Source: Carcharhinus longimanus (taxonomy: Eukaryota). From it: 64,000 bases of DNA. The stretch lies in contig JASCQW010000132.1 in assembly GCA_030264375.1 (NCBI GenBank), forward strand, positions 91,286,341 to 91,350,340, in the 5' to 3' direction. Below, piece after piece: positions 13,807 to 26,885 of this stretch (its first letter is position 1; each line of letters starts with the position of its first letter). The notes under the pieces are model-generated. The model saw only the letters and a program-made list of their open reading frames with translations, was not told the origin of the DNA and did no database searches. The translations under genes were made by a program, and so were the position numbers.

Positions 13807-14121
13807 CTGACTCTGTGCTCCTGTGGGGAGAGGTTGCAGTGGAGGGGTCTGGTGTTGTGGTGGATGTGTGTGTAGGTGTGGATGAGAATGGGAGTGGTTT
13901 TGCTGGTGATGATGAGGATGATGTTGATGCGGGTGCGGTGCCTGCTGCTGATGTGTGAAAGGATGGTGGGAGGGAGGCTGGTGTTGATGTGAGTGCATAT
14001 GATGGTGTGGCTGTGGTGGCTGCTCCTGCCTGGATGTCATCATCTCCATTACTTGACCCATCATGTTCATATTTCCATTTGACAAAGCCGCAGGGTGCTG
14101 ACTCAGTGCTGCTTTAAGCCT
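13807..14121 (-). CDS. CREB5: CREB5 internal exon, His/Gln/Pro-rich region (105 codons, phase 0/0)
   Basis: Translates RLKAALSQHPAALSNGNMNMMGQVMEMMTSRQEQPPQPHHHMHSHQHQPPSHHPF...GAQSQ. Acceptor is tttgttttcttttcag|AGG and donor is CAG|gtaaat. RLKAAL followed by a His-rich tract distinguishes CREB5 from ATF2/ATF7. Confidence 0.95.
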
Positions 14122-16277
14122 CTGAAAAGAAAACAAAGCAAAGAATGCTAATTAAAACCTCATTGCTTTTCAAATTTGCCATATTGAAGATGTTATACAC
14201 ATTCTCTCCTCAATATCCAAAAACCCCAGATGTCAAAGTAAATGGTAGAAGTCATGCTGGTATTAAAAACTGTGTAATCATACTTCATTACAAGATTAAT
14301 GTTTTGCATTTCATTGGCCAACATCTGTGCTTTTTTTTAAAAGCCCCTTTTCAAAGGTTTTCTTGCTTTTAAAGATTCTGAGCCAAACATTTTCTTTTTA
14401 ATGTCACTACAGCAATGATCATTACCTTCTCTGAGCAAAACAAGAATGTAACCTTTCAAATGTATTCATCTTGGCTGTTTGAGCACCAAATATAAAAAGG
14501 AACTGTCCAAGTGTGTTCAGAATGGTTTGTGGCAATGAAATCAAACAAAAACCTTGCATCACTTTGAGTTTCGGTGTCTAACGCCATGGGTACTGCTTTG
14601 GGAGGGCAGTAAGTTTATCCTCCTGCTGCTTGCTGCAGTTTGGTTACTAGCATGTTATTCAAATAACTGCCCAACAGAGATCTGGCATTGATTAGATTAC
14701 AACGGAACAAAGCTATAGTGAAGAGATGGCAGGAAGACTGTCTGAAGAGAAAATTATTCAAGTTGAAACAAAGAAAATTACTTAGTTGCCACCCCTCTCC
14801 CCCAGGAAAGCAACTTGAACACTCAGATGGAATAAGGTCTCTTGAGGACAGAACTCCAGCTGAGGGGAACAAATGACAGGGCTTATGTCTCTGGTAATTC
14901 AAACTGGAAATTCAGTTTCTACACTTACAGGACTAACTGGGGGAGTACCAAGACCAACTGTGTAGCTGCATAAGTAAAACTAATTTAGGTCATTGTTATT
15001 TTGCCAAAAAAAAGATATTCATATGCACACGATGAAAAGTAGTTGCTGCTTCTAATAGTTTATGAAAAGATAATCAGCCATATTTCATATTCTACAAAAG
15101 GTAACTGAAACTGCGCACGATAAGCCACAATACTAAATATGCCAAAATAAAATTTACTGCTACAAAATTAGGTGATCTGCAATAATGAGGATACCTGTGT
15201 CTGAAGATGGAAATCCTGGGATGATAAAAATTAATTCTCATTTTAATAGCAACGTTGAGTTGCAGGCACCAATAGGGTATCCCAGTGCAGCTTTCTGCTT
15301 CATTCTCCCCAGTTTTGTCCTTTGGGACAGTGACTTGATCCTCAAGCCTGTGCAGGGAGTGGGTGAGATGGGGCGGGGTNNNNNNNNNNNNNNNNNNNNA
15401 CGCAGGTAAACATGAGCCAGCAGCAGCCATAGTAATAATATGGCTGCAGGATGGCACTATGAGGATCACTTGACTAGGTTACTTCTATTTGGTGCAGTGC
15501 AAGCAGAGTAAATTTCTAAAATTTTTGCAAATGGTTCCTAAAATGGGTACTGGACTCACATGTCAATGTTGAAATAGGGCCTGATCTTGTTTCAAATGGC
15601 TGCCAAGGCTGTCTTAAAAAAATTTCCTGAATAAACTGAAAAATCCATTGTTGTCACCCTTGTTTTAGATCTGAAAGTTGGGCAAATTGCATTCTAATTA
15701 CTACCCCAAAGCTTTTGTTTAAAATACAGAAGATGGCGTCCTTACAAAGAGTGATCTTTGCAATCTGTATGTGGATGACTACTGAATCCAGTAGATTTCT
15801 CATTGGATTGAGTATCTTTTGAAGGTATAAACAACCACATTTTTTGTATAATTACATTTTCCTGTAAAATAACTAGGAGTAAGATGTGATAAATACAGTA
15901 TTCACAACCATCAGGGCAAGTATTCAAGGCCCAAATTCATCGCTATCAGGAAAACTGCAAACTTTCTGTGCTGCTATTGTATAATTGCCACCAAGGCACT
16001 GTACTTAAATTTTCTGGATTGTCTCAGGTCCTCAGAGGAAGGTCCATGTGCAGAAAATACAACAATTATTGGGGTGGTAAAACAGATTCAAAAGGAGATA
16101 AATAAAAAGTCCGAGAAGCCGAAAACTAAAACTTAAAATAGGAAAAGAAACAAAAAGAAAAGTCATTGGAGTAACTTTAACTTTTAGAGATGGTTTAAAA
16201 TGATAATATTGGTGTGGCTACCCACTACACAACTCTGCAATTTTCCTATCAATTGAAGTGAATGGATAGAACTGTAT

Positions 16278-16378
16278 CAAAAACAGAAAATGCTGGAAAA
16301 TCTTAGCAGGTCTGAGAGTATCTGTGGGGAGAGAATAGAGCCAACATTTCGAGTCTAGATGACCCTTTGTCAGAGCTG
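16278..16378. mobile_element. Penelope-like element terminal fragment
   Basis: AAAACAGAAAATGCTGGAAAATCTTAGCAGGTCTGAGAGTATCTGTGGGGAGAGAATAGAGCCAACATTTCGAGTC. The same family occurs at 28395-28617, 49535-49590 and 55363-55585. The Penelope assignment is from memory. Confidence 0.55.
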
Positions 16379-17399
16379 TATTTTGCTTTTATCTTAGGAC
16401 AAAACTGTCTAACTGGCAGGCAAACTGGAATTACTCATTGCACATTTTCACCAAAAGTTAAAATGACCCTCACTGATACCACACTGAATAGTCTATTATA
16501 GATAAGAGAAAAACCACCAAACCAGGAAAGGAATGAGACTGATATCCAACATGTCCAATAAAGACAGCAAGTTGAGAAAGAGAGAACAAAAAAAGCAGAG
16601 GAAAAGAAACAGAAACAGCAACATTGCATATATTATAACCTAAAAGAAAATGAGAATAAATTAACTGGGGAACAATAATAAAAGACATCTCATTTAACAA
16701 AATTTTGCACATTTAAAATAATGTTGAGTATGCACATCTATCCAAGAAATGCAAGTGCGAGATAAACAAGCATTCCCCAAAATGCTTATTCACAATGATT
16801 AAAATAGAAACAATAAAAAGGACATAAAATGTGTGCATGAACCAAGGAGAGAAAACTGGTGGGAGGAATGTAGAAATTTGCCACAACATGATGTAATTAT
16901 TAGGAGTCAAACGAAGATGCTAGAAACCAATACAGCTATGAATGTTAAAAATGATAAGAGCATTTAGAGAGAAAATGCAAACTATTAAATATAAAAGTAG
17001 TCAGAAAATTTAAGACAAACTAGTTTAAATATTAAATGAATATATATTTCACAAGTATTCTCTAGAGATGATTACATTTGTGTAACTTTTTATCCAAGTA
17101 CTGGAATATATCCTGCATCCCAGAGGATTTAGTGATCAGCATTGCAGGAGTACTGAATTAAGCATGAGCATTTAAACTCAATCATTCAGCCAGAGGCATG
17201 AATGGAAAATTTTGTGGCATTGGTTATCATCCTGGGAACCACTTAAGTACCCATGAGACTGCAAAGGATTGAAAGAAGGAAAAGGTGGAATCTGTACTCC
17301 AAAATGATGATTCAACTATGTCATGACTCTGTAAGCCCATTACCTTACCATCAACAAAAGGTAAGACAATGAGATGTGCTTTAAGATGAAGGAGAATTT

Positions 17400-17728
17400 C
17401 ATAGAAATCATAGAAACCCTACACTACAGAAAGAGGCCATTCGGCCCATCAAGTCAGCAGGGACCACAATCCCACCCAAGCCCTACCCCTCCATCCCTAC
17501 GTATTTTACCCACTAATCCCTCCAACTTACACATCTCAGGACACTAAGGAGTAATTTTAGCATGACCAATCAACCTAACCTGCACATCTTTGGACTGTGG
17601 GAGGAAACTGGAGCACCCGGAGGAAACCCACACAGACACGAGGAGAATATGCAACTCCACACAGACAGTGACCCAAGCCAGGAATCAAACCTAGGTCCCT
17701 GTGCTAACCACTGTGCTACTGTGTCACC
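17400..17728 (-). mobile_element. HE1-like V-SINE
   Basis: Reverse complement of the HE1 head, V domain and tail (CATAGAAATCATAGAAACC...GAGGAAACCCACACAGACACGAGGAGAATATGCAACTCCACACAGACAGTGACCC). Confidence 0.88.
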
Positions 17729-20700
17729 CAATATTGACATCTTTAAACCTCATTTTAAATATTCCCAATCAGCTGGCTGGCACCTCCTTAGAGAACCCCA
17801 GCAAAATGACCATGACCACCATAACATCAGCAGTGGGTTGTACATTCTTGAACTTACCAGTGGTTGTCAGAGTGTCTCTGCTGCACAGGGGGATTGAAAA
17901 TTCACCCCAATCTCTCCATTTATGCTGCACTCTGAACATAGTATATAGCGGCTGCTAATTTTGGAGTGAACATTATACAGCATTTACTTCTAAAATTCTT
18001 GTTACAGAATCACCTACTGAAGTAGTAGGTATTTCAATTAAATGTTAACACTTAGTTCCAGGGATAGAACATGGCATAGCATTTTTCAGTGCATTTCAAA
18101 ATGAAATGTTGCAGCCCAGTCAGTGGTTTTAATAAACAATAAATATATAGAATATATCAAGAAACCTTGTATGCAGCTGCTCCTCAATCAAGACATTTTA
18201 AAGATAAACAAGATTTTGCAAGCTTTTCATTCATCAGGCCCTAGTGTAAAAGTCAACCAGATGCCCTGGCTCACAGTACTAGCATGAAGCTAAGTGACCT
18301 GAAGCAGTATCATCCAAGCCATCATTGATCAGACTCTGGTGCCTCATTAATTTCTGCTGAAATGCTTGATTCTTCATGCTGAGGCTGAACAACATGTTCT
18401 TGGCCAGCTTCATTATTCATTAAAGCTGAAAGTCAGCTCTGTCTGTTCAGTCCATGTAGCATCCATTATGTCAACCAACTATCATCACTGTCAAGCCCAG
18501 GTGAACACATACCTGACCAAGCAAAATTCTGGTCCTGATACATGAATTACAAAGTTCCCATTGCACCCAATACAAAACAGAAAAAAAATACATTTCCTGT
18601 GAAATAGTGGTAAAACATTTAAATATATTTTTGAATAAATAAAGATCATGAACACTTATCCCAAATATTTTTAAATGCCATTTTATTTAGAATTTAAACT
18701 TGGGTTTCAAGCATAATGCCAGCACAAGTGTAGCATCTCTTGGCTGTTTCTATTTCCTTGGGGATAGCTAAATTACCTGCAAAAAAAACAAATGTGCAGA
18801 TGTATGTGCAAACAATTTTACATACACACCAGGCTGCCACTTAAGGATAACTTTACCATTCTCTTTCCCAATGTATAGCTGTGGGCATTGGAACTGCATT
18901 ATGGGAGTTTGGGAAGGATGGCAGTGTGTTCCCAGGAATTTTCTGTCCAATAAACTTAATAGATGGAAAATTCAACAGGGTCAACTAACCCTAAAGCCTG
19001 AATTCCCAACATGTGACTCTGGGAGGTGAAACTTGTAAATCTATCCCCATAACACTGGTTAAATCAAACAGATGCATGATGTTAATTCAAAAGTATTTAT
19101 CCCCGATCTTTTCATTTAAATCATAACATGCTTAGCAATTAAGATGAAGTTTTTATAAACAGTGCCGTCAACTCCAAATGCTAAGCATCCAGGTCAACAT
19201 TGTCTTACTATGTTTGTATTGACAATAATACTTTGCAAATTGCAGCATTTTGTCATTTTCATACAACTTTCTTCAACACATTACTAAAAAAGATGGACCA
19301 AATCTCTTTCATTGGGATAAGCAGACAGCAATAATAAATATTACTGAAATGACTATCTTTTCATTGAAGCTATTGATCATTTCCAAATACCAGGAAACAT
19401 CTCAAAAACTGTAATTGTTTCACATCAACTAACAATGAAACAAATATTGAAAATGAAATTACATGTCTGATTATTGTTCACTCCCTTACAAACCACATCA
19501 AAATCTATGCTGAGAAATCTAAGTAATGGCAGCTATTCATGGTTTAGAATTGTTAAGGGTCTCCAGAGAACCTAAAATCATTGTACTTGAAGCCTCCTCT
19601 CAACTGACAAGGAATAGAAATGACGTATAGAATATAATGACCAGTATCGAAATAGTAGAAATTTAACACAAATTTTACTTCACATAAGGTAATGGAATAT
19701 ACCCCGTTAAGTAATACAAGAAAAAAACCGTCACTTTTCATTTTACAGAATTTGATCAATACCCTTCATTAGAAAATCCTGGAACTTGGTTATATTGCTG
19801 CCTAACGCATTTAACCTGACAGTGCTCTCATTGCTCTTCACCTTTACTGACCTGAGATTGAGTTTGATCTACAACAGGATGACTCAACACACATGTAATC
19901 TGTGTACGATAGTCTGCAGTTACAATGGGATAGGTTCAAACAGTAGGCTAATCTCCTTATACCCCGAGGACTTAACTGCATTTCATAAAAGTACCATGAA
20001 TGTCAAAACATCAACCTTGAATAATCCAGATTGGAAGCAGACATAATCGAAGAATTGCATGATGCTTGTGAAGTTAAAACAGGGTATGTTTCACAACAGT
20101 TGCAGTTGTGCATTTGGGTGTGCACAGGAATTGCATATGGATGTGTAACGTTTTGAACTGTGTATACTGCTGCAGAAATGTAATGAGTTTGTCTGTGTTT
20201 TGCATATACCCACAAAATACTTATCACTATTTATCCTTGTGGGTGACAATTTAGACTGAAATATATAAGCAAATTTATTTTCAAATGGGTGCGATTCTCC
20301 CGGATCAGGCTATGTGCCCACGCCAGTGGGAAAATCAGAGTATCTTCCCAGGTATTGGCAGCATCTATCAAGTGACATTCACCCATCTGTTGGATGCAAA
20401 TTAATGCATTGTGAGAAACCCACTGGCCAGCTCAGCTTTTCAGAGAAAAAGGACACCCCAATCTATGCCAACTGTTTCCTCCCCACAACTGACCAGGGGA
20501 GCACCACTGACGCCTCAGCAAAGAGGGACATCCTGCCCCCACCACTCAAATAACAAGGTCCCCGCCCAACACCATGCATGCATAAGGGTGACCCGAGCCA
20601 ACATCACCCTCCTCCCCAGACCACTATTCAGCCTCCTTCCCCTCACAACTTCCAGGCCTCCCCCACTGCCTCAAAATTCCACCGTCCACACCTCTCAGGC

Positions 20701-20969
20701 ACTACCCACTCCCTCTCCCTCCTCAGACTTTCACACAGCCCTCATTTCCCCTCAGACCCCTCCCATTCATGCCCAGCCTCAGGACAGGGTAGTGCCAATG
20801 TTGCACTTCCTCCAGCACTCTGGCACTGACACCCTGGCCTGGCATCTTGGGTCACAAGGGGGTCAAAGAAGTAGGTCCAGTGCCCATGTGCCCTCTGCCA
20901 CTGCATTGCTGCAAACAGAGTGTCCCCTAAGGGTCCTAGGGGTTGTGGGCAAAGGTTTAATCTCACCAT

Positions 20970-21665
20970 TCTCTCCCAAGATGGGGGTCTCGTGGCTCAG
21001 CTGCCCCTTCTAATCCTAGCTGATCTGAAGATCACTTGGCATGCTGATTTCAGGTAGCTCTGTGATCAACATCTTCATTCCTATCTATTAGGTATGAATA
21101 TTTTGAACTGGCCTGGTCGCTTTGATCTCCATGCTCCATGGGCAGAAAGCTTATTTCAAAGCACTGCACTATGAAATTGAAAAAGATCAAAGGTTTTGAA
21201 AGGCATAGAGAGGGTTTAAAAGATTTCAGCTTTCTAGGAAAGCTCATAGATTTCCAATGAAAGCTATATAAATACATTGCGGCTGGGTGAAAAGCTGTGA
21301 ACAGGATCACCACCTCCACCCTCCTGCCACCACTGCAAAACCACCCCCCCCGCCCCACCCCACCCACAGAGAATTTGACATCTCTTCTCTGTCAGAGGAC
21401 TTGAAAAGGGTCTGCTCACACCTGCAGCTTCTGACAGAGAGAAAAGGAAATCCCTGCTGCAGAATGGAGTGCTGCAGTGCTTGAAATCTTACCAGCTGTT
21501 CATGGGACATGGAGATTAAAGCTACCAGGCCTTTTCAAAGTTTCACAGCTGACAAGCAGGAGTGAAGAATGTTAAACACAGAGCTACCTGAAATCACCAT
21601 GCCACGGGTGATCTTCAGGCCTGTCAGGGACAGTACAGCCACAAGACCCTCATGATGGGGAGAGA
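20970..21665. repeat. Long imperfect inverted repeat (foldback/MITE), arms ~200 bp
   Basis: GATTTCAGGTAGCTCTGTG (~21046) pairs with CACAGAGCTACCTGAAATC (~21577). Further matched blocks: GGCCTGGTCGCTTTGATCTCCATG/CATGGAGATTAAAGCTACCAGGCC and CTCTCCCAAGATGGGGGTCTCGTGGCT/AGCCACAAGACCCTCATGATGGGGAGAG. Confidence 0.8.
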
Positions 21666-22659
21666 TGCAGGTTTTCTTTGTCTTAAATGCTTTTACACAA
21701 ACTCAGATGCTATGTTGCCAATAGAGTACTACTGCTTCAACACAAGGGGTAAAACCTTATGATTGCTTTAGATTTATGGCTTGTCTGTAGTCAGCCTCAT
21801 CAGCTCTTCTCTTCATGGGTCTGACTTTAATTTCCATAAACAGTATCCTGTTCCAAAATATAGTTCCTCTTTGATCCTTTTCACTTCAATATTCCTGGAA
21901 ACTTTTCTTCAATTCTCTAGTTTCCTTAACTAGCTGTTCTTTAAGTTTCCAGCATTTGTTTTCTTAACCATCATCTATAGTATAGCTCTTCTTCTAGAAA
22001 AGTTGAGAGAGATGTCCCTTCTCTGGCCTTCTAAAACCAATTGCTAATGAATTCAGTTAAACTAACTCAAAAATAGTTCCTACCCAAAGGATGTCCCTTT
22101 AGTTGCTAAGCAATGATTTTATGCTTCACCCAGCTTGTTTACTTTTCACACTGCAACCCTCTAAGCACAATAGAAGATAGTTTCATCCAAAACCAAAAAC
22201 TGCCAGTGCAAACACTTTTGTCTAACATGTATCTAACTATAGGTTTGCTCTTTCTTACACAGCAACACTAAATTAAACCCATTTAAAACTATACCTTATT
22301 TCTAACATTTAATACAAATATAGGTGACTTAAAATTACCTCTATTTTCCTGACACAATAATCTAGACCTTTTAATGCATCAATAACAGAAACCACAAATA
22401 TTCAAACCATTTAACCTTGTGTAAATAAACATTATGAAATTGATCACAGAGAACAATGAGTCAGCCCTGTCAATCAGGCAATATTTTAACTGGGGTATAG
22501 CTGTCGCAACAACAGTGATGGATGTCTGCTCTCTCAGTCAAACATAAATGATGAGGCTTGGCTTCCTGCCTGATTTAATGCTCACGCCACCAAACTCGTT
22601 GCAGGGGAGGACACTAAATTCTACTCTAATTGTGGTTCTCTCATTTTAAACCCTAGATA

Positions 22660-23560
22660 CAGACCACCAGGCCCTAGGATTTATCAGATTTTCGTCCCTT
22701 ATTATGTATCCGTTCCATTTTCTCTGCTAATATTAATTATCTTAATTTCATCACTTATTAGTCCTTAGGTTACTCCCTATTTCTGGTATGTAATTTGTAT
22801 CTTCAACTGCAAAAACAGAGAAAATATTTCTTCATTCCCCATAATTTCTCCATTTTTTGTCTCTAAGGGAACAATATTTATTTTGGCTACTCTCCTCCAT
22901 TTTATTTACTTATAGAAAATCTTGTAATTTTTTTATATTCCTGGCTAGTTTACTCTCATTCTATTTTTTCCATTTTTATCAACCTTTTGGTGGCACTTTG
23001 CTGGTTTCCAAAACTCCCAATCCTTTGACTTACTGCTATTCTTTGAAACATTATAAGCCTCTTCTTTTAATCTAATACCATCCTTAACCTCCTTAGTAAG
23101 TCACACAGATCTTTCTTGCTGAGTTTTTTTGTACTGACTCTATTTTTGTTGACTATTGCATACTTCCTTAATTTGATATTCCCCAGTGTTTATTTACTGT
23201 CCCCTTCTGTCAATTTCCAATCAACCTTAGCCGGCTCTTCCCTCCATGTATGTAATGGTTTTTTTTAAGATTCTTGCTTGTGGTTGGAGTATTTCGCTTT
23301 CAAACTTAATGTGGAATTCAACTGTATTATTATCACAAATTTCCAGCAGATCTTTTACTATGGTGTTATTAATTAATCCTGCCTCATTGCACAAAACTAG
23401 ATCAAAAAGAACTTTATTCCTTATTGGTACCAGAACATATTTCTTCAGGAAACTGTCACAAAAATATTCTCCAACCTCATCTCTCAGATCACCTTTACGA
23501 ATTTGACTTGTCCAATCCATATGAAGATCAAGGCCCCCACAATTTTACATTGCCTTTGTT
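22660..23560 (-). mobile_element. Decayed CR1 LINE ORF2 (endonuclease/linker) fragment
   Basis: ORF 23227-23520 DWTSQI...FCDSFLKKYVLVPIRNKVLFDLVLCNEAGLINN...CDNNTVEFHI resembles the CR1 APE C-terminal motifs (PTR..AILDLVL.N; SDHN.I.F). Confidence 0.7.
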
Positions 23561-24759
23561 ACAAACTTCAGTAATATGTTTCATGCTCTAAGTATAGATG
23601 TTCATAGCAGTAGCTTTAATTGCTTTGTGAAACCAGCAAGTAAGATCCCATCTAGGCCATATTGAAGGCTTGTTAATGCGTGAAGATTTTGGTGAAAATT
23701 GCCCCCTTTTTGCCTATTTCTGCTTTCTGAAATTTTTGGGTGTTTGGTTGTTTTCTATAGTCCAGGGGTTAAAGGGGCTGCACAACATTTTGATGACTAG
23801 CACTTCAACTAATGCCCTCTTCTAAAAACAACCAGCCATTTTGGAGTAAACACAGTATTGATGCTGAATCAAGCTTGACTTAAAGAGATGATTTCTTACC
23901 CATTATTTCATATTCATTGTTGCTGGAGAAGTGGAGAGGACCTCTGTAACACATTAAGAGAATTTCTGGGGCAATTTCTCAAGACTTCACCAATATTCAA
24001 CAATATTTCCTCTATACATTCTTTGAGGACCATACCTAAACGTAGATCCACTGTGTTCCTCCAACTTATTGCCCATCTTATAAAATTCACCAGGTGAAAG
24101 GGTCATGGTCAGCTTATTAGGAGCTCCATTGGATGAATGAGAAATGAAAGAAGGTCAGGAGGCCAGGCTGTAGGAGAGAGGTCAAGAGTGTGAGGTGGTA
24201 TTCTTCTTCCACTGTGGATAGTGAACATAACTCCTTCTCTGGGGCCCCTACCACCAAAATCTCACCAGTGCTGAATCCAAGAACCTGTGTACCCTTTCCC
24301 TCAAATCCTGAGCCATGTATTTTGTCACTCTGTGCCAGCCAGAGTACTCCACACCTTGCGCGGAAGTGAACTTTACTAACATTGATCAGTGCTTGAGCGC
24401 TAGATCGATAGATTTCTGGTTTAACATTTCGGATACATTCCAGTTATGGTAATAAGCAATTAGGACCAAAATTGTGTGCCAATTCCAGACTTTCAAACAG
24501 GCCAACATAATTAGCACAGCACCCATTCAGCACCTGTTTCCATCCTTTGGCCAAAATAATCCCCAAAATCTTTTCAAATACTCAGTAAAACCAAATCTAA
24601 AATTTTCTGATAAGCTTTCAGGAGTACACCTAGTGATGCTGAAATTGTTCACATATAATGATGGTGGAATAAAGCATGCACCCAAATGTTTACTGTACAT
24701 GTAAATTCTATCTAATTCTGCCTCCTTACCTTAGCCTTTCTTATTTCTTTCCCTTCCTT

Positions 24760-26885
24760 CTCATTTTGTATTTATCTCATTCATGAAATTGATCTTTGGC
24801 TTCCTTGACCCCATTCTCACCAAATTGCTGACCACTCAAACTCTCTTCCCATCCCCAGTGAAAGCTGACATCATTGTAAATAATTCCCTTTTCAAGCGAT
24901 TATCTGCCTAACTTTCATAAACATCATTACTGCTCCTTCCTCAAAAAAAACCTATCCTTGCCAATTATCACCTTATCTCAAATCTCTCTGTGTTGTCATC
25001 TCCCAAGCTGCTGTCCATCTCTCCTATAATTCCTTGCTGAATCATTGCAATGAAATTTCCACCATGACCAAAATATGAAAAGTTGCCAAACTGGATAGCG
25101 AATGTGGTACCGTTATTTAAGAAGGGTAGCAGGGATAATCCGGGTAATTATAGGCTGGTGAGTCTGACGTCTGTGGTAGGGAAGTTGTTGGAGAGGATTC
25201 TTAGAGATAGGATGTATGCACATTTAGAACGGAACAACGTCATTAGTGACAGATAGCATGGTTTTGTAAGAGGGAGGTCGTGCCTTACAAATTTGGTGGA
25301 GTTTTTTGAGGAGGTGACAAAAACTGTTGATGAAGGAAGGGCCGTGGATGTCGTCTATATGGATTTCAGTAAGGCATTTGACAAAGTCCCTCATGGCAGG
25401 TTGGTGAAAAAGGTTAAGGCTNNNNNNNNNNNNNNNNNNNNNNNNNNNNNNNNNNGAGAATGAGGGGAGACCTAATAGAGGAGTACAAAATTATGAAGGG
25501 TATAGATAAAGTGAACAGTGGGAAGCTTTTTCTCAGGTCGGAGGTGACGATCACAAGGGGTCACGGGCTCAAGGTGAGAGGAGCGAGGTTTAACTCAAAT
25601 ATCAGAGGGACGTTTTTTACACAGAGGGTGGTGGGGACCTGGAATGTGCTGCCAAGTAGGGTGGTGGAAGCAGACACGTTGGGATCGTTTATGACTTACC
25701 TGGATAGTCACATGACCAGACTGGGAATGGAGGGATACAAACGAATGGTCTATTTGGACCAATGAGCAGCACAGGCTTGGAAGGCTGAAGGGCCTGTTTC
25801 CTGTGCTGTACTGTTCTTTGTTCTTTTGGACACAAACAATATTCTGTGTGACTGTAACCATATGCTCTTCAATTCTCTTTGACCACTTCATCCTCCAATA
25901 CTTCACCATTCTTGATATTATTGGGATTACCCTTGTTTGATGCAAATCAAATCTACCTGATTGCAGTTACAACATCTCCAGCGTTTACTTCTTTTCCAGC
26001 CCTTGCTCTATCAGCTCAGGAATCTTCCAAGGATCCATCTTTGGGCCTTCTTCTTCCTAATCCACACATACCTTTGACAACATCATTCATGGACATAGGA
26101 TTACCGTTCCACATGTACACAGATGCAAAACGTCTCTAACTCTCCAGCGCCTCTCTGAATCTTTTCACCACTCCCATCAGCCTACTCTCCCAGCATCTAG
26201 TCTTGGACTGATATAATTTCCTTCTGTTTTTTTAATTGAAGAAACTAGAACCATTCATTGGCTCTAGCGCCTGCCACAAACTCTGGAACCTAGGAATGAC
26301 TCTATTCCCCTCCCTCAACACTATATTGAAGCAACATGTTCAATCCCATATTCCAACCCTATATCCTCAGCATCACAAAGACTGTCTATCTTCATCTCCA
26401 TAACATAACTTGCCTTGGTTTGACACTGAATCAATCCCTCTTCTATTGAAAATTTCATGCATGTCTTAATCACCTCTCAACTTGACTTTCTGGTGGTCTC
26501 CTATCTCATATCCCATCACTACCTTCAATAAAATTCAACATACATATTATTCTGTTACTCATAATAAATATATCCAGCACCAGTTCCAAATACTCATCAT
26601 TTCTGCCAACACTGATCAACATATGTCTGAAAGTTTAGATCCCCTCATGACCTCCCTTATCCCTACCTCTAATCTCCTCCATCCTAACAACTTTGTGCCA
26701 CATCAACAGCACACACTGGAATTCCCTCCCTAAACCTCTCCTCTTCTCTATCAGCCTTTAAGACCACCCTTACAACCCGGTTCTTTATCATCCCTCCTAA
26801 TATCTCCTTCCTTAGCTTGGAGTCCGGTCCTGTTTAGACATTTTTTTCTATATTAATGATATTGTATAAATGTGATTTGTTGTTT
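24760..26885 (+). mobile_element. Old L2-clade LINE remnant split by a CR1 insertion
   Basis: Degenerate RT text (PLLKK..L.NY.PISNL; QGSILGPLL; F.MY.DA..LY) on both sides of 25085-25828, and an L2-like 3' end TATAAATGTGATTTGTTGTT. Confidence 0.55.
25085..25828 (+). mobile_element. Young CR1 LINE: RT fragment, gap, and 3' end
   Basis: Translates ANVVPLFKKGSRDNPGNYRLVSLTSVVGKLLERILRDR...HGFVRGRSCLTNLVEFFEEVTK.VDEGRAVDVVYMDFSKAFDKVPHGRL. ORF 25460-25765 MRGDLIEEYKIMKGIDKV...FFTQRVVGTWN is the CR1 ORF2 C-terminus. Confidence 0.92.

Noticed and set aside
13533-13958. 141-aa plus-strand ORF with a Val/Asp/Gly-rich tail
   Set aside because: Antisense shadow of the CREB5 His-rich exon.
20411-21013. 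200-aa Pro/Ser-rich ORF
   Set aside because: Lies in a C-rich MITE-like block that is naturally poor in stop codons, and has no recognisable domain.
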